Positions 55,452 through 64,000 of a stretch of DNA of 64,000 nucleotides are shown here, in pieces (within the stretch, counting starts at the first letter, position 1; each line of letters opens with the position of its first letter). Made by a program: the position numbers and the translations under genes. Under the pieces are notes generated by a model. The model ran no database searches and was not told where the DNA came from. It saw only the letters and a list, made by a program, of their open reading frames with translations. Origin of the DNA: a virus; IMG/VR virus record IMGVR_UViG_3300035696_000020, positions 39,892-103,891 of that record. The stretch is one strand, 5' to 3'.

Positions 55452-57556
55452 AACGTGTGAAATATTTCGTCATTGCGGTTGTTTTAACTCTTGCCTCGGC
55501 GAGCGCGGCATTCGCAGATTGTACTGGACAGTTTGCGGTTGGGCAAATCTGCGGCAACGATACTGCGTCTCAGGCACCTCCGACTGGAGTAGGCATTAGC
55601 GCGTTTCTTGATTCGCAGTATAGTACCCAGCCAGGAACGATAATCTACCGTGGATCATCAGGGTGGACGAGTTTACCGGGAAATAATAGCGGAACCAAGG
55701 TTCTTTCTGAAAACAATACTGGTGTGCCGTCTTGGGCATCGGCGGCAGGCACGGGTACGGTTACCTCGGTGGGATTGGTGCTACCGAATATTTTCACGGT
55801 AACCGTATCTCCAATTACCACATCTGGCTCGCTTACGGCGGTCCTTGCATCTCAGAATCAGAACTTAGTCTTTGCCTCGCCAGATGGATCAAGCGGTACA
55901 CCTACATTTAGGTCACTTCTTCTTGATGACTTCCCAGCGATAACAGCTAATACGGTTTTAGGGAACGGTACTGGATCAAGTGCTATTCCTACCGCGCTTA
56001 CGATGCCGTCATGCAGTAGTGCGACCTCGGCGCTGACATGGACGACTAGCACTGGTTTTGGTTGCAACAGCATTACCGGAACTGGTACGGTCACTTCGAT
56101 CGTGATTGGGACAGGACTAGCCAGTACGCAAAGCCCATTGACCACGACTGGCACGCTTTCGCTAGCCACGATCTCTGCGGATAATCTTCTCGGGAATGCT
56201 TCTGGCAGCACTGCCGCGCCGGGTGCGGTTCCACTTACAAGTTGCTCTTTGACACAACAGGCATTGACGTACAATACAACTACGCATGCCTTTGGTTGTA
56301 ACACTATCACAGGTTCCGGTACGGTCGTGGCTAGCACCGCAGGGCAGATGGCATGGTACTCGACTTCTACAAACGTCGTCGTCGGAAGCCTGAATGCAAA
56401 TCTAAGCAATGGTGCACTTACACTTGGGCAATCTACATCAGTCCAAGGTGAATTGATTCTTGAAGGCGGGACTAGTGGCGCACTGACAATCACCACACAA
56501 GCCACAGCTAGTACCCCGACGTGGACCGCAGGAACCTCAAGCGGCACTCCAGCCGTTACTGCAAGCTCACCACTAGCAATTACGACTGCGACTGGCAATA
56601 TCACTATCACTGGTGCAGCGGGTAAGGTTCTCGCGGGTTCAGGTCCAGCATTCACCGCGACTCCGACTATCGGTGTTGCGTCTAGTACTACAGGTTCTTT
56701 ATCTTTTGTAGGCACAACAAGCGGAACCGTCGTACTTTCGGTTCAGGACATCGCAGGCTCGTGGACGTTTAAATTTCCGACTAGCGGCGGCTCAAACGGC
56801 GAATTTCTTCAAACGGATGGTTCTGGGAATACTACTTGGGCATCACCTTCTGGCAGTGGTACGGTTAATTCCGGCGCTTCTGGACAAATAACCTATTATG
56901 GTTCAAGTGGAACTGCAGTTTCTGGAAATTCTAATGCGAACATTAGTGCTGGTGCGCTTACGCTTGGACAGGCAAATTCTACCCAAGGCGAAGTGATCCT
57001 AGAGGGTGGGACTAGCGGCGCGTTGACGATTACTACCCAAGCCACAGCGGGAACGCCGACATGGACGGCGGGCACCTCAAGCGGTACTCCCGTCGTTACC
57101 GCATCTTCACCGCTTTCGATCACGACGGCGACTGGCAACATTGTAATCACTGGCGCGGCAGGACAGGTCCTCGCGGGGTCAAGCCCTGCATTTACAGCAA
57201 CTCCTACGCTAGGCGCTTCTGGAACGCTCGGCACAATCGCGTTCGGGAATGCTTCCAGCGGCACCGTCACACTTGGCACCGTCACAGGCCCACTTGGCAG
57301 TGTGACAGCATCTTTGCCGGCAAACACTGGCACGATCGCGGAAACAAATTACGCTCAAACTTGGAGTGCAGTTCAGACCTTCACGAACTCCGACATCTGC
57401 CTTCTCGGTTCCTCAACCGGCTGCACAACATTCACGAGCGCCAATGTCAGCGCTACGAATTACACGCTCACCATTCCAGCCGCGACAGGCACTCTGGCTC
57501 TGACGACTAATGCCGGCATCGCTGCCTTTCAACAAGCCTCACTGGGGGGCATCTGA
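55445..57556 (+). CDS. Ser/Thr/Gly-rich tail-fibre-like protein with signal peptide and internal repeats
   Basis: AFA/D signal; GTGTVTSV, SGTPTFRSL, FPTSGGSNGEFLQTDGSGNTTW fibre motifs. Confidence 0.75.
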   Translation: MLKRVKYFVIAVVLTLASASAAFADCTGQFAVGQICGNDTASQAPPTGVGISAFLDSQYSTQPGTIIYRGSSGWTSLPGNNSGTKVLSENNTGVPSWASAAGTGTVTSVGLVLPNIFTVTVSPITTSGSLTAVLASQNQNLVFASPDGSSGTPTFRSLLLDDFPAITANTVLGNGTGSSAIPTALTMPSCSSATSALTWTTSTGFGCNSITGTGTVTSIVIGTGLASTQSPLTTTGTLSLATISADNLLGNASGSTAAPGAVPLTSCSLTQQALTYNTTTHAFGCNTITGSGTVVASTAGQMAWYSTSTNVVVGSLNANLSNGALTLGQSTSVQGELILEGGTSGALTITTQATASTPTWTAGTSSGTPAVTASSPLAITTATGNITITGAAGKVLAGSGPAFTATPTIGVASSTTGSLSFVGTTSGTVVLSVQDIAGSWTFKFPTSGGSNGEFLQTDGSGNTTWASPSGSGTVNSGASGQITYYGSSGTAVSGNSNANISAGALTLGQANSTQGEVILEGGTSGALTITTQATAGTPTWTAGTSSGTPVVTASSPLSITTATGNIVITGAAGQVLAGSSPAFTATPTLGASGTLGTIAFGNASSGTVTLGTVTGPLGSVTASLPANTGTIAETNYAQTWSAVQTFTNSDICLLGSSTGCTTFTSANVSATNYTLTIPAATGTLALTTNAGIAAFQQASLGGI
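56315..57214 (+). repeat. ~120-codon internal duplication offset by 540 nt
   Basis: GALTLGQ..S.QGE.ILEGGTSGALTITTQATA.TPTWTAGTSSGTP at 56411 and 56951. Confidence 0.85.
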
Positions 57557-58947
57557 TGCACGTCGAAGAACTGTTCGAATCGGCGATCGTCACTGCTCAG
57601 GATGGCAAATATGTTGCTGCGCTTATAGCGATGCAAGAGGTATTATTGCGTGATCCAAAGCATGCGCGTGCATGGAACGGGTACGCGATGCTCGCGGGAA
57701 AGTTAGGAAATCACTTCGTTGCGTTAACTGGCTTTGACCAAGCGATTATCTGCGATCCAAGCAATCCTGACTATGTGAGCAACCGTGGCTTTGCACTCAT
57801 GGACCTCGACAAGATTGAAATGGCACTTGCGGCGTTTGAGGATACGCTAAAGATCAAGCCAGATCATACTGCTGCTTTGGTCAACCGTGGGAATGCGTTG
57901 CGTCGCCTACGTCGTGAACAGGAGGCAGTAGAATCATATCGACGGGCGATTGAAATCAATCCAGAATTGGCACAGGCGCATTTTGGCTTGGCAACTGCAT
58001 TGCTTGCTCTTGGGCACCTCAAGGAAGGGTTTTCTGAATTTGAATGGCGTTGGAAAAACGGCAGCGGTGGGATTGAGCGGGAGTCTTCACACAAGAGGTG
58101 GCGTGGCGAGCCATTGACAAAGCGTGACGGTTTATTGATCTATGGTGAGCAAGGAATCGGCGACTGTATTCAATTCGCAAGGTATGCACCGCTAGTCAAG
58201 AAACGATGGCCGGAAGCCAAGGTTTACCTTGAAGTCCGCCCTATGTTCGCAAGGCTTGCGAAGACAATGACGGGAATTGATGGGATTTGCCAAGTAGGAG
58301 ACACACTACCTGATGGGATCACGCATATCGTGCCTATCCTTAGCCTCCCGCACATACTCGGAACTGACTTGGATTCCATACCATCTGCGCCATCGTATTT
58401 TCATGCCAACAGCGATGCCGTCAAGGTGTGGGAAAAAACATTCAGTAATCTTCCTGGCTTGAAAGTTGGGTTGTGTTGGGCTGGCAGGGCGCGACCAAAT
58501 CAACCTGTGGCGGATGCGATCGATCAAAGACGATCAATGAAGCTTGCTGATTTTGCGCCTTTGGCCGGCATGGCATCATTCGTCAGTCTCATGGAAGTTA
58601 CTAATCCGGCCGCGCAACAAGTCCACAATCCTCCAGATGGGTTAAAGATTGTTGATTGTGCAGATTGCATGGATGATCTCTATGCAACTGCGGCACTTAT
58701 TACCTCACTTGATCTTGTAATTACGGTGGATACCGCGATTGCACATTTGGCCGCTTCGTTAGGTAAAGAAACATGGATGCTGGCGAGATTTGATACTTGC
58801 TGGCGTTGGCTAACGGGACGATCTGACAGTCCATGGTATCCCACCATGCGTATTTTCACCCAGCCACAACCGGGTGATTGGGCATCCGTGGTGGAGAGCG
58901 TAAGGGATGGTCTACAGGGTCGGAAGCATTTATTTTTGGCTGCATAA
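57556..58947 (+). CDS. TPR + glycosyltransferase (GT9-like GT-B) protein
   Basis: N-terminal TPRs; EWRW; EQGIGD.IQFARY; KVGLCWAG; LDLVITVDTAIAHLAASLGKETW; WRW...RSDSPWYP. Confidence 0.9.
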   Translation: MHVEELFESAIVTAQDGKYVAALIAMQEVLLRDPKHARAWNGYAMLAGKLGNHFVALTGFDQAIICDPSNPDYVSNRGFALMDLDKIEMALAAFEDTLKIKPDHTAALVNRGNALRRLRREQEAVESYRRAIEINPELAQAHFGLATALLALGHLKEGFSEFEWRWKNGSGGIERESSHKRWRGEPLTKRDGLLIYGEQGIGDCIQFARYAPLVKKRWPEAKVYLEVRPMFARLAKTMTGIDGICQVGDTLPDGITHIVPILSLPHILGTDLDSIPSAPSYFHANSDAVKVWEKTFSNLPGLKVGLCWAGRARPNQPVADAIDQRRSMKLADFAPLAGMASFVSLMEVTNPAAQQVHNPPDGLKIVDCADCMDDLYATAALITSLDLVITVDTAIAHLAASLGKETWMLARFDTCWRWLTGRSDSPWYPTMRIFTQPQPGDWASVVESVRDGLQGRKHLFLAA

Positions 58948-58961
58948 AAGGAAAAATTGCC

Positions 58962-59450
58962 ATGTTGAAAGTTCTTCGAAAGCATCGTTGGTTCGCGACA
59001 GTTGCTCAGATTGCACTGTTGTTGGGACCATCATCAGAAGTTTTTGCGGCAGTTACTGCTACTCCCGTATATGTGCAAACGCCCAACTTCGGACAAGCGA
59101 TTAGCAACGGCGCAACGGCGGTCGGTCTCTATACAGGAGGGGCTAACGGATCGAAATGCGTTGGCGCGTGGGCGAGTAATACTCAAGCTGCTACAGCATA
59201 CAATCTTAGCCTCGTCATAGTTTCCACGAATACTGCGACCTATGAGACCATATCTATTCCAGGCAACGCTGGTCTGTCAACCACACAGGCAGCCATCAAT
59301 CTGATGTCTAGCGCAAATTGGCCTGGATTACCGCGAGATTCTGACGGCAATCCATTCTTTTACCTCAAGAGCGCAGCGGTAATAAATATCATCAGCGCAG
59401 CGGCTGCTTCCGCATTTCTACAAGCAGGTATTGTATGCGGAGATTTTTAA
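58962..59450 (+). CDS. Virion-type beta protein with signal-like leader
   Basis: VFA/A; AVTATPVYVQTP, YTGGANGSK, DSDGNPFFYL, GDF end. Confidence 0.65.
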   Translation: MLKVLRKHRWFATVAQIALLLGPSSEVFAAVTATPVYVQTPNFGQAISNGATAVGLYTGGANGSKCVGAWASNTQAATAYNLSLVIVSTNTATYETISIPGNAGLSTTQAAINLMSSANWPGLPRDSDGNPFFYLKSAAVINIISAAAASAFLQAGIVCGDF

Positions 59451-59935
59451 AAGTGCGTTGGGGGGTTCTCGCATTCTTTCTCTTATTCAGCAGTCTAGCA
59501 TCGGCGCAACAATCACCAATGCCAGGTGAACGCTCGGTCGCGGGTGAGGTTGCTTCCCTTCTCAGGCAGGGGCAAATCCTCCGTGGCGGCGCTAAGGTCC
59601 GCTCAGTGTGCGCCACGGGCGCGCTGGATGTCGCCAATACCCAGTGCATTGCTCCTTCCTCGATTACGATCGATTGTAGCCTTGGCCCACTTCAGTTTGT
59701 CGAAAACAATGGCGCCTTTACATTCAATGCGCCGTTAGACGACGGCAATTGCTTCGTTATGTTCTACAATGGAGCTAGTGCTGGAACTCCAACACCGGGT
59801 GGGTTTACAGTAGGCTCTAATACGGGATCAGCCTTTACCACGACCAGCACCAACCTCTTCACCGTCTCGATCTGGCGCATCACTATTCCCGGTGTGGGTT
59901 CGACATCTGGCTACACGGTTTTCGCGCACCAATGA
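59435..59935 (+). CDS. Fibre-tip-like protein with signal peptide
   Basis: ASA/Q signal; NNGAFTFNAP, NGASAG. Confidence 0.6.
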   Translation: MRRFLKVRWGVLAFFLLFSSLASAQQSPMPGERSVAGEVASLLRQGQILRGGAKVRSVCATGALDVANTQCIAPSSITIDCSLGPLQFVENNGAFTFNAPLDDGNCFVMFYNGASAGTPTPGGFTVGSNTGSAFTTTSTNLFTVSIWRITIPGVGSTSGYTVFAHQ

Positions 59936-60846
59936 TTAAACGCTTCATAGTAGGTCTGACCGTTGTTTTTTTCGCTGGGATTGCGACCGCGCAGATAGGT
60001 CCTATCCCTGGTTATGGTCCTTCATTATTTTTTACAGCAGGAAAATCGCCATGTACTGGAGGCTCACTTACTACTGTTGGTGGTAAACGAGTTTACACTT
60101 TCACATCAACTGGTTCTTTACAATGCCCAAGCACAAGGACTGTCAATCTTCTCGTCATTGGCGGCGGCGGCGGCGGCGGTAAGCTTGTTGGCGGCGGCGG
60201 TGGCGGAGGAGGATATCTTTCTGTTACTGGTTATAATATATCTAGTACGAGCAGTCTGACTATAACTGTTGGTACAGGTGGATTAGGATCAACGTCAAGT
60301 AGTTCAAAAGGTGGAAGCGGAAATTCTTCTTCGTTCGATACAACTGGAGTTATCTTAACTGAAACGGCCACAGGCGGAGGCGGTGGCGGAAGCGACAGTT
60401 CGGGTGTTGGAACTGGCGCAAACGGAGCGAATGGCGGCGGTGGTAGCGGCGGCCAGTACGGTGGTAATGGCGGGACTGGCTCCCCCGGTAATAACGGCGG
60501 CAACGGCAATACCGTATCGGGGGCAGTTGGCGGCGGCGGCGGCGGTGGCAATGGTGCGGCGGGGAGTAACGGTACGACTCTTGTGGGCGGCAATGGCGGT
60601 ACTGGTTCAGCAAGTAGCATAAGTGGATCGTCTGTTACTTATGGATGCGGCGGCGGCGGCGGCGCAGACGGTAATACCGCTGGAACCGGAGGATGTTCGT
60701 CTGCTGGTAACGGAACTAACAGCGACAGTACTGCCGGCGCTGGAACGGCCAATACGGGATCGGGCGGCGGTGGCGGAGGACTTTCTTCTAGTGGCGGAAC
60801 TGGCGGTACAGGTGGCAGCGGAATCGTTATTGTTGCAGAACAATAA
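59932..60846 (+). CDS. Glycine-rich-domain fibre protein with signal peptide
   Basis: ATA/Q signal; YTFTSTG, LVIGGGGGGG, ITVGTGG, ANTGSGGGG, GGSGIVIV. Confidence 0.75.
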   Translation: MIKRFIVGLTVVFFAGIATAQIGPIPGYGPSLFFTAGKSPCTGGSLTTVGGKRVYTFTSTGSLQCPSTRTVNLLVIGGGGGGGKLVGGGGGGGGYLSVTGYNISSTSSLTITVGTGGLGSTSSSSKGGSGNSSSFDTTGVILTETATGGGGGGSDSSGVGTGANGANGGGGSGGQYGGNGGTGSPGNNGGNGNTVSGAVGGGGGGGNGAAGSNGTTLVGGNGGTGSASSISGSSVTYGCGGGGGADGNTAGTGGCSSAGNGTNSDSTAGAGTANTGSGGGGGGLSSSGGTGGTGGSGIVIVAEQ

Positions 60847-60864
60847 CAGTACAAGGAATTTACG

Positions 60865-62187
60865 ATGTCTGAAAAATTGCGCTACGTAGTTTTCGACGAT
60901 AATTATCCGGTTCAGGTCAACGCCGCAGTCGTCACTGACTATATGCCGGAACCGTTCGAACTTGACGACCTTTGTGCTTGTCTGACGACACCACAAGCGA
61001 CCGGCAATCCAATTACCATCGATGTGCTTAAGAATGGCGTTTCTCTACTCGCGACTAAGCTTACATTCGACAATACTAAGAACAGTACGCGCGGTGCTTC
61101 AGTGCCCTTCGTGTTTGTGGCTTCTCAACAGCAATTCAATCTAGACGACAAACTCAATATCGCTGTGACGCAGATCGGGGACGGTACAGCCGCAGGTCTT
61201 AAAGTCACGATGATGGGCCGCCAACCAGCGACCGCAGTCGTGCAATCCGGCGGCGGGGGCGGCGGCATTGGCGCTCCTGTTGTTTCAAGCATCAGTCCCA
61301 ATACCGGACCATTGGCTGGCGGCACCAGCGTTACCATTAGCGGCTCCAACTTCACAGGCGCCACCGCCGTCACGTTCGGAAGCCAACCTGCGACTAACGT
61401 CATGGTTGTCAACGCCAACACGATCACGGCGACGACGCCGGCTGGGACCGTAGGCGCGGCCAATGTCTCGGTGACCACGCCAGCAGGCACAGGCGTCGGG
61501 AGCAACCTGTTTTCTTATATTTCCAGCGGTGGTCAATTCGGTGTACCGCGTAAGATTGGCACCGCGTCTCCTGGCAGCAACCAATCCTCGACCAGTTTTA
61601 CCACGATCGCAGCACTTGCGGATGGTGATTTGCTTGTAGTAGCTGCAACTGCCCTTGTTGGCGGTTCATCTGGCAAATTTATCAGCATGAACATCAATGG
61701 CACGGCGCTTACTCCACGTAAGCAGAGTCTATGTTCCAGCGGTGGCGATGCAGGATTTGCTGAAATATGGGAATTGTTTTGTCCATCGGCTTTCCCGATT
61801 GGAGCAACCATTACTGTCAGCGCTAGCGGGACTTCTGTTGGAGGTATTGCCGTTGCCGCTGGTGCGATCACTGGTCCGACTGCTTTCGATGTTGGGAACG
61901 TCGCAAATAGCAATGGTACGGCAACACAGAATGTCCCAGTATCAACTGGCACGCTCTCGACACAGCCAGAGGTTGTTGTTGGAGTCATTGGAAGCAACCT
62001 CGCAGGGTCGTTCTCACATAATAACGATGTTTTCGGCGCCTCGGTTATTGCTGATCTCTCTGGTTCGCCGTATATTTCACTAGAACTCGCGATGTTGGTC
62101 GTCACCGCGACTCAGAGTGTTACTTACAATCCCACGACTAGCGGGAGCGGAGCATACATCGAATCAGCCGTCGCGGCCTATCGGTAG
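60865..62187 (+). CDS. Virion protein with IPT/TIG (Ig-like) domain
   Basis: PVVSSISPNTGPLAGGTSVTISGSNFTGATAVTFG...ITATTP. Confidence 0.8.
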   Translation: MSEKLRYVVFDDNYPVQVNAAVVTDYMPEPFELDDLCACLTTPQATGNPITIDVLKNGVSLLATKLTFDNTKNSTRGASVPFVFVASQQQFNLDDKLNIAVTQIGDGTAAGLKVTMMGRQPATAVVQSGGGGGGIGAPVVSSISPNTGPLAGGTSVTISGSNFTGATAVTFGSQPATNVMVVNANTITATTPAGTVGAANVSVTTPAGTGVGSNLFSYISSGGQFGVPRKIGTASPGSNQSSTSFTTIAALADGDLLVVAATALVGGSSGKFISMNINGTALTPRKQSLCSSGGDAGFAEIWELFCPSAFPIGATITVSASGTSVGGIAVAAGAITGPTAFDVGNVANSNGTATQNVPVSTGTLSTQPEVVVGVIGSNLAGSFSHNNDVFGASVIADLSGSPYISLELAMLVVTATQSVTYNPTTSGSGAYIESAVAAYR

Positions 62188-62204
62188 GCATAGGAGCAGC
62201 CGCC

Positions 62205-62906
62205 GTGACATTCCTCATGAAGCGCTCCTATACGCCGGTTCCAGTCGGTACAACTGCGTCTTTTTCTACGGTATTTGCTTACCTTCCTCCGATTGGGACA
62301 CCATCTGGCAAGCGCGTTTATGTGTGGCCTGGGCTAAACGGCGACAATTCCCAGTGGAGTACGTCACCGTTCGATACACTGATTTCAAACTTCACCGCTG
62401 CCGGGCATTCGGTCGTCGAGATAGTCGAGCCCAATTCCAATCCGGCTAATTTCACGAATGGCGGTTGGCAATATCGTGCCGCGTTCAATGCGGCGATCAA
62501 TACGATCATGAACGCGGTCGAGGCACAACATGGGCCAGTGCCGAAGAACATCGCCGGAGGCGCCTCCTACGGCGGCCTGCATTCGATGATGGCATTTGCG
62601 ATGAATGGCCGCTTTTATGGCTGGTGGGCGCACGAGCCAGTCACTGAGTTGTGCGAGCTTAATCCAGAATATGCCGGGCTGACGATCGGCGAGGCTTATC
62701 GTTTTGACCCGTTTTTTGAGGTGGCGGCGCTCAAGAACACAAAAGGGTGGATATCGAATGGAACGCAGGACACCCGCGTCAATGGCCCATTATGCGGCAC
62801 CTTGATGGCGAAGCTTGGATCGGTGCAGCAGGTCACCTACGACCAAGAGCACGAGACGAATGCACAAAATGTTACAGATATTTCAGCCTGGGTAAATGAC
62901 GTATAG
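62205..62906 (+). CDS. Alpha/beta-hydrolase-like protein
   Basis: GASYGG nucleophile elbow, G..D.RV, C-terminal H. Confidence 0.6.
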   Translation: MTFLMKRSYTPVPVGTTASFSTVFAYLPPIGTPSGKRVYVWPGLNGDNSQWSTSPFDTLISNFTAAGHSVVEIVEPNSNPANFTNGGWQYRAAFNAAINTIMNAVEAQHGPVPKNIAGGASYGGLHSMMAFAMNGRFYGWWAHEPVTELCELNPEYAGLTIGEAYRFDPFFEVAALKNTKGWISNGTQDTRVNGPLCGTLMAKLGSVQQVTYDQEHETNAQNVTDISAWVNDV

Positions 62907-63621
62907 CAGCTATCTAAATTATGGCACGTTCGTTTCTACTATCGCGAACCTTCTCGTCGTGCCGACAACAGACCCTAATTTCCAGCAAATCCTGCCAGCA
63001 ATGATTGCTGACGGGGAACAGCGTTGTTATCGGGAATTGGATTTGTTGGACACGCAGGTACGCGACACTGCGGGGACACTAACCGCGAACTCTAGGACCT
63101 TCACGCTGCCGCAGACCTACGGCATGTTTATCGTCACCAATAACATGAACGTCTTCACACCATCAGGGACACAGACGAACCGGAATCAGCTTATCCCGAC
63201 GACACGGGACTGGATGGACGCGGTGTACGGGAATGAAGCCTCGTCCACGACACCTTCGGTCCCACGATACTACGCGCCGATTACGGACCAGATTTTCATT
63301 GTAGGGCCGTCACCGGATGCAGGGTACACGATGGAAGTGCTCGGGACGATTAGGCCGACACCATTGAGCGCGTCTCAGACGACTACTTATTTGACGACAG
63401 TTTTGCCGGACCTTTTCATCGCGGCTTGCATGATTTTCGGATCGAGTTACCAACTCAATTTCAGCCAAGTTGCCGATGACCCTCAACAGGCAGTTTCGTG
63501 GGAAACGCATTTCAACAAACTCTTGGCATCTGCGAACACCGAAGAGAACCGCAAAAAGTATGCATCTCAGGCGTGGACAAGTCAATCTCCTGCGCCACTC
63601 GCAACGCCGCCTAGAATGTAA
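62896..63621 (+). CDS. Tail adaptor/tubular-like protein
   Basis: I..GEQR.YRELDLL, P.YYA, IVGPSPDAGY..E, TTYL...LPDL. Confidence 0.7.
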   Translation: MTYSSYLNYGTFVSTIANLLVVPTTDPNFQQILPAMIADGEQRCYRELDLLDTQVRDTAGTLTANSRTFTLPQTYGMFIVTNNMNVFTPSGTQTNRNQLIPTTRDWMDAVYGNEASSTTPSVPRYYAPITDQIFIVGPSPDAGYTMEVLGTIRPTPLSASQTTTYLTTVLPDLFIAACMIFGSSYQLNFSQVADDPQQAVSWETHFNKLLASANTEENRKKYASQAWTSQSPAPLATPPRM

Positions 63622-63635
63622 ATGGGAGCTTTTAA

Positions 63636-64000
63636 TTGACCGAACCGACTACCGTAAATAAAGGTCTAATTGTTCCTAACACCGGCGATCTACCGGGAAC
63701 ATGGGGTTCTGCTGCGATCAATCCTGATTTGTCTGCTATTGATGGCATGTTGGGCGGTCTAGCAACTATCAGCCTTACCAATTCAAATGTTATACTGACT
63801 TCTCCTGCTGGGTTCACTGCAACACCGAGCGCGGGACCGACACAATCGCAAAACGGAATCCTGAGATTTACCGGAACGTTATCCGCTGCGGTAACAATCA
63901 CATTGCCGTTGCCTGGGTTCTACATTGTTGAGAATCTGTGTACGGTAGGGGCATATTACGTTGCTCTGTCTACTCCATCTCCTGGAAATGTGATTGGTGC
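63636..64000 (+). CDS. Tail protein, 3'-truncated by the window
   Basis: TTG start after GGGAG; TTVNKGL..P.TGD..GTWG...N. Confidence 0.65.
   Translation, partial: MTEPTTVNKGLIVPNTGDLPGTWGSAAINPDLSAIDGMLGGLATISLTNSNVILTSPAGFTATPSAGPTQSQNGILRFTGTLSAAVTITLPLPGFYIVENLCTVGAYYVALSTPSPGNVIG

Noticed and set aside
55858-62105. Long minus-strand ORFs opposite the fibre genes
   Set aside because: Antisense shadows of low-complexity Gly/Ser/Thr coding sequence
1-64000. CRISPR array, integrase, lysis cassette, tape measure, Ro60/TROVE or SmpB genes
   Set aside because: No supporting motifs seen in this window

Overview
Segment of a large tailed dsDNA phage (or prophage) genome, almost entirely on the + strand. 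The host is probably an alphaproteobacterium, inferred from a two-piece permuted tmRNA with an ANDN...RLAA tag. Gene order: SF2 helicase, primase, stand-alone TnpB, Lar-like protein, NusG-like antiterminator, BCS1-like AAA ATPase and DHH phosphoesterase. Next is an uncharacterised 245-aa protein followed by a ~360-nt ncRNA with two circularly permuted tRNA-like modules. Then an ~8-kb RNA island: 35 tRNA/tRNA-like genes covering all 20 amino acids, a tmRNA interrupted by a nuclease ORF, a hammerhead-like motif, a 6S-like RNA, several unexplained structured spacers, three other free-standing nucleases, RusA and a nucleotidyltransferase. The rest holds TerS, TerL with a LAGLIDADG intein, RNA ligase, portal, a Tad2/DUF2829-like protein, GroES, scaffold, decoration and major capsid proteins, head-tail adaptors, and a block of Gly/Ser/Thr/Cys-rich fibre-like proteins. 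Most of the fibre-like proteins carry Sec-type signal peptides, and a TPR-glycosyltransferase lies among them. Best candidates for a new system: (1) the 245-aa protein plus double permuted-tRNA RNA at 7064-8160; (2) the nuclease-interrupted tmRNA; (3) the signal-peptide fibre cluster. All calls come from reading motifs and base-pairing by eye; no database searches were run.
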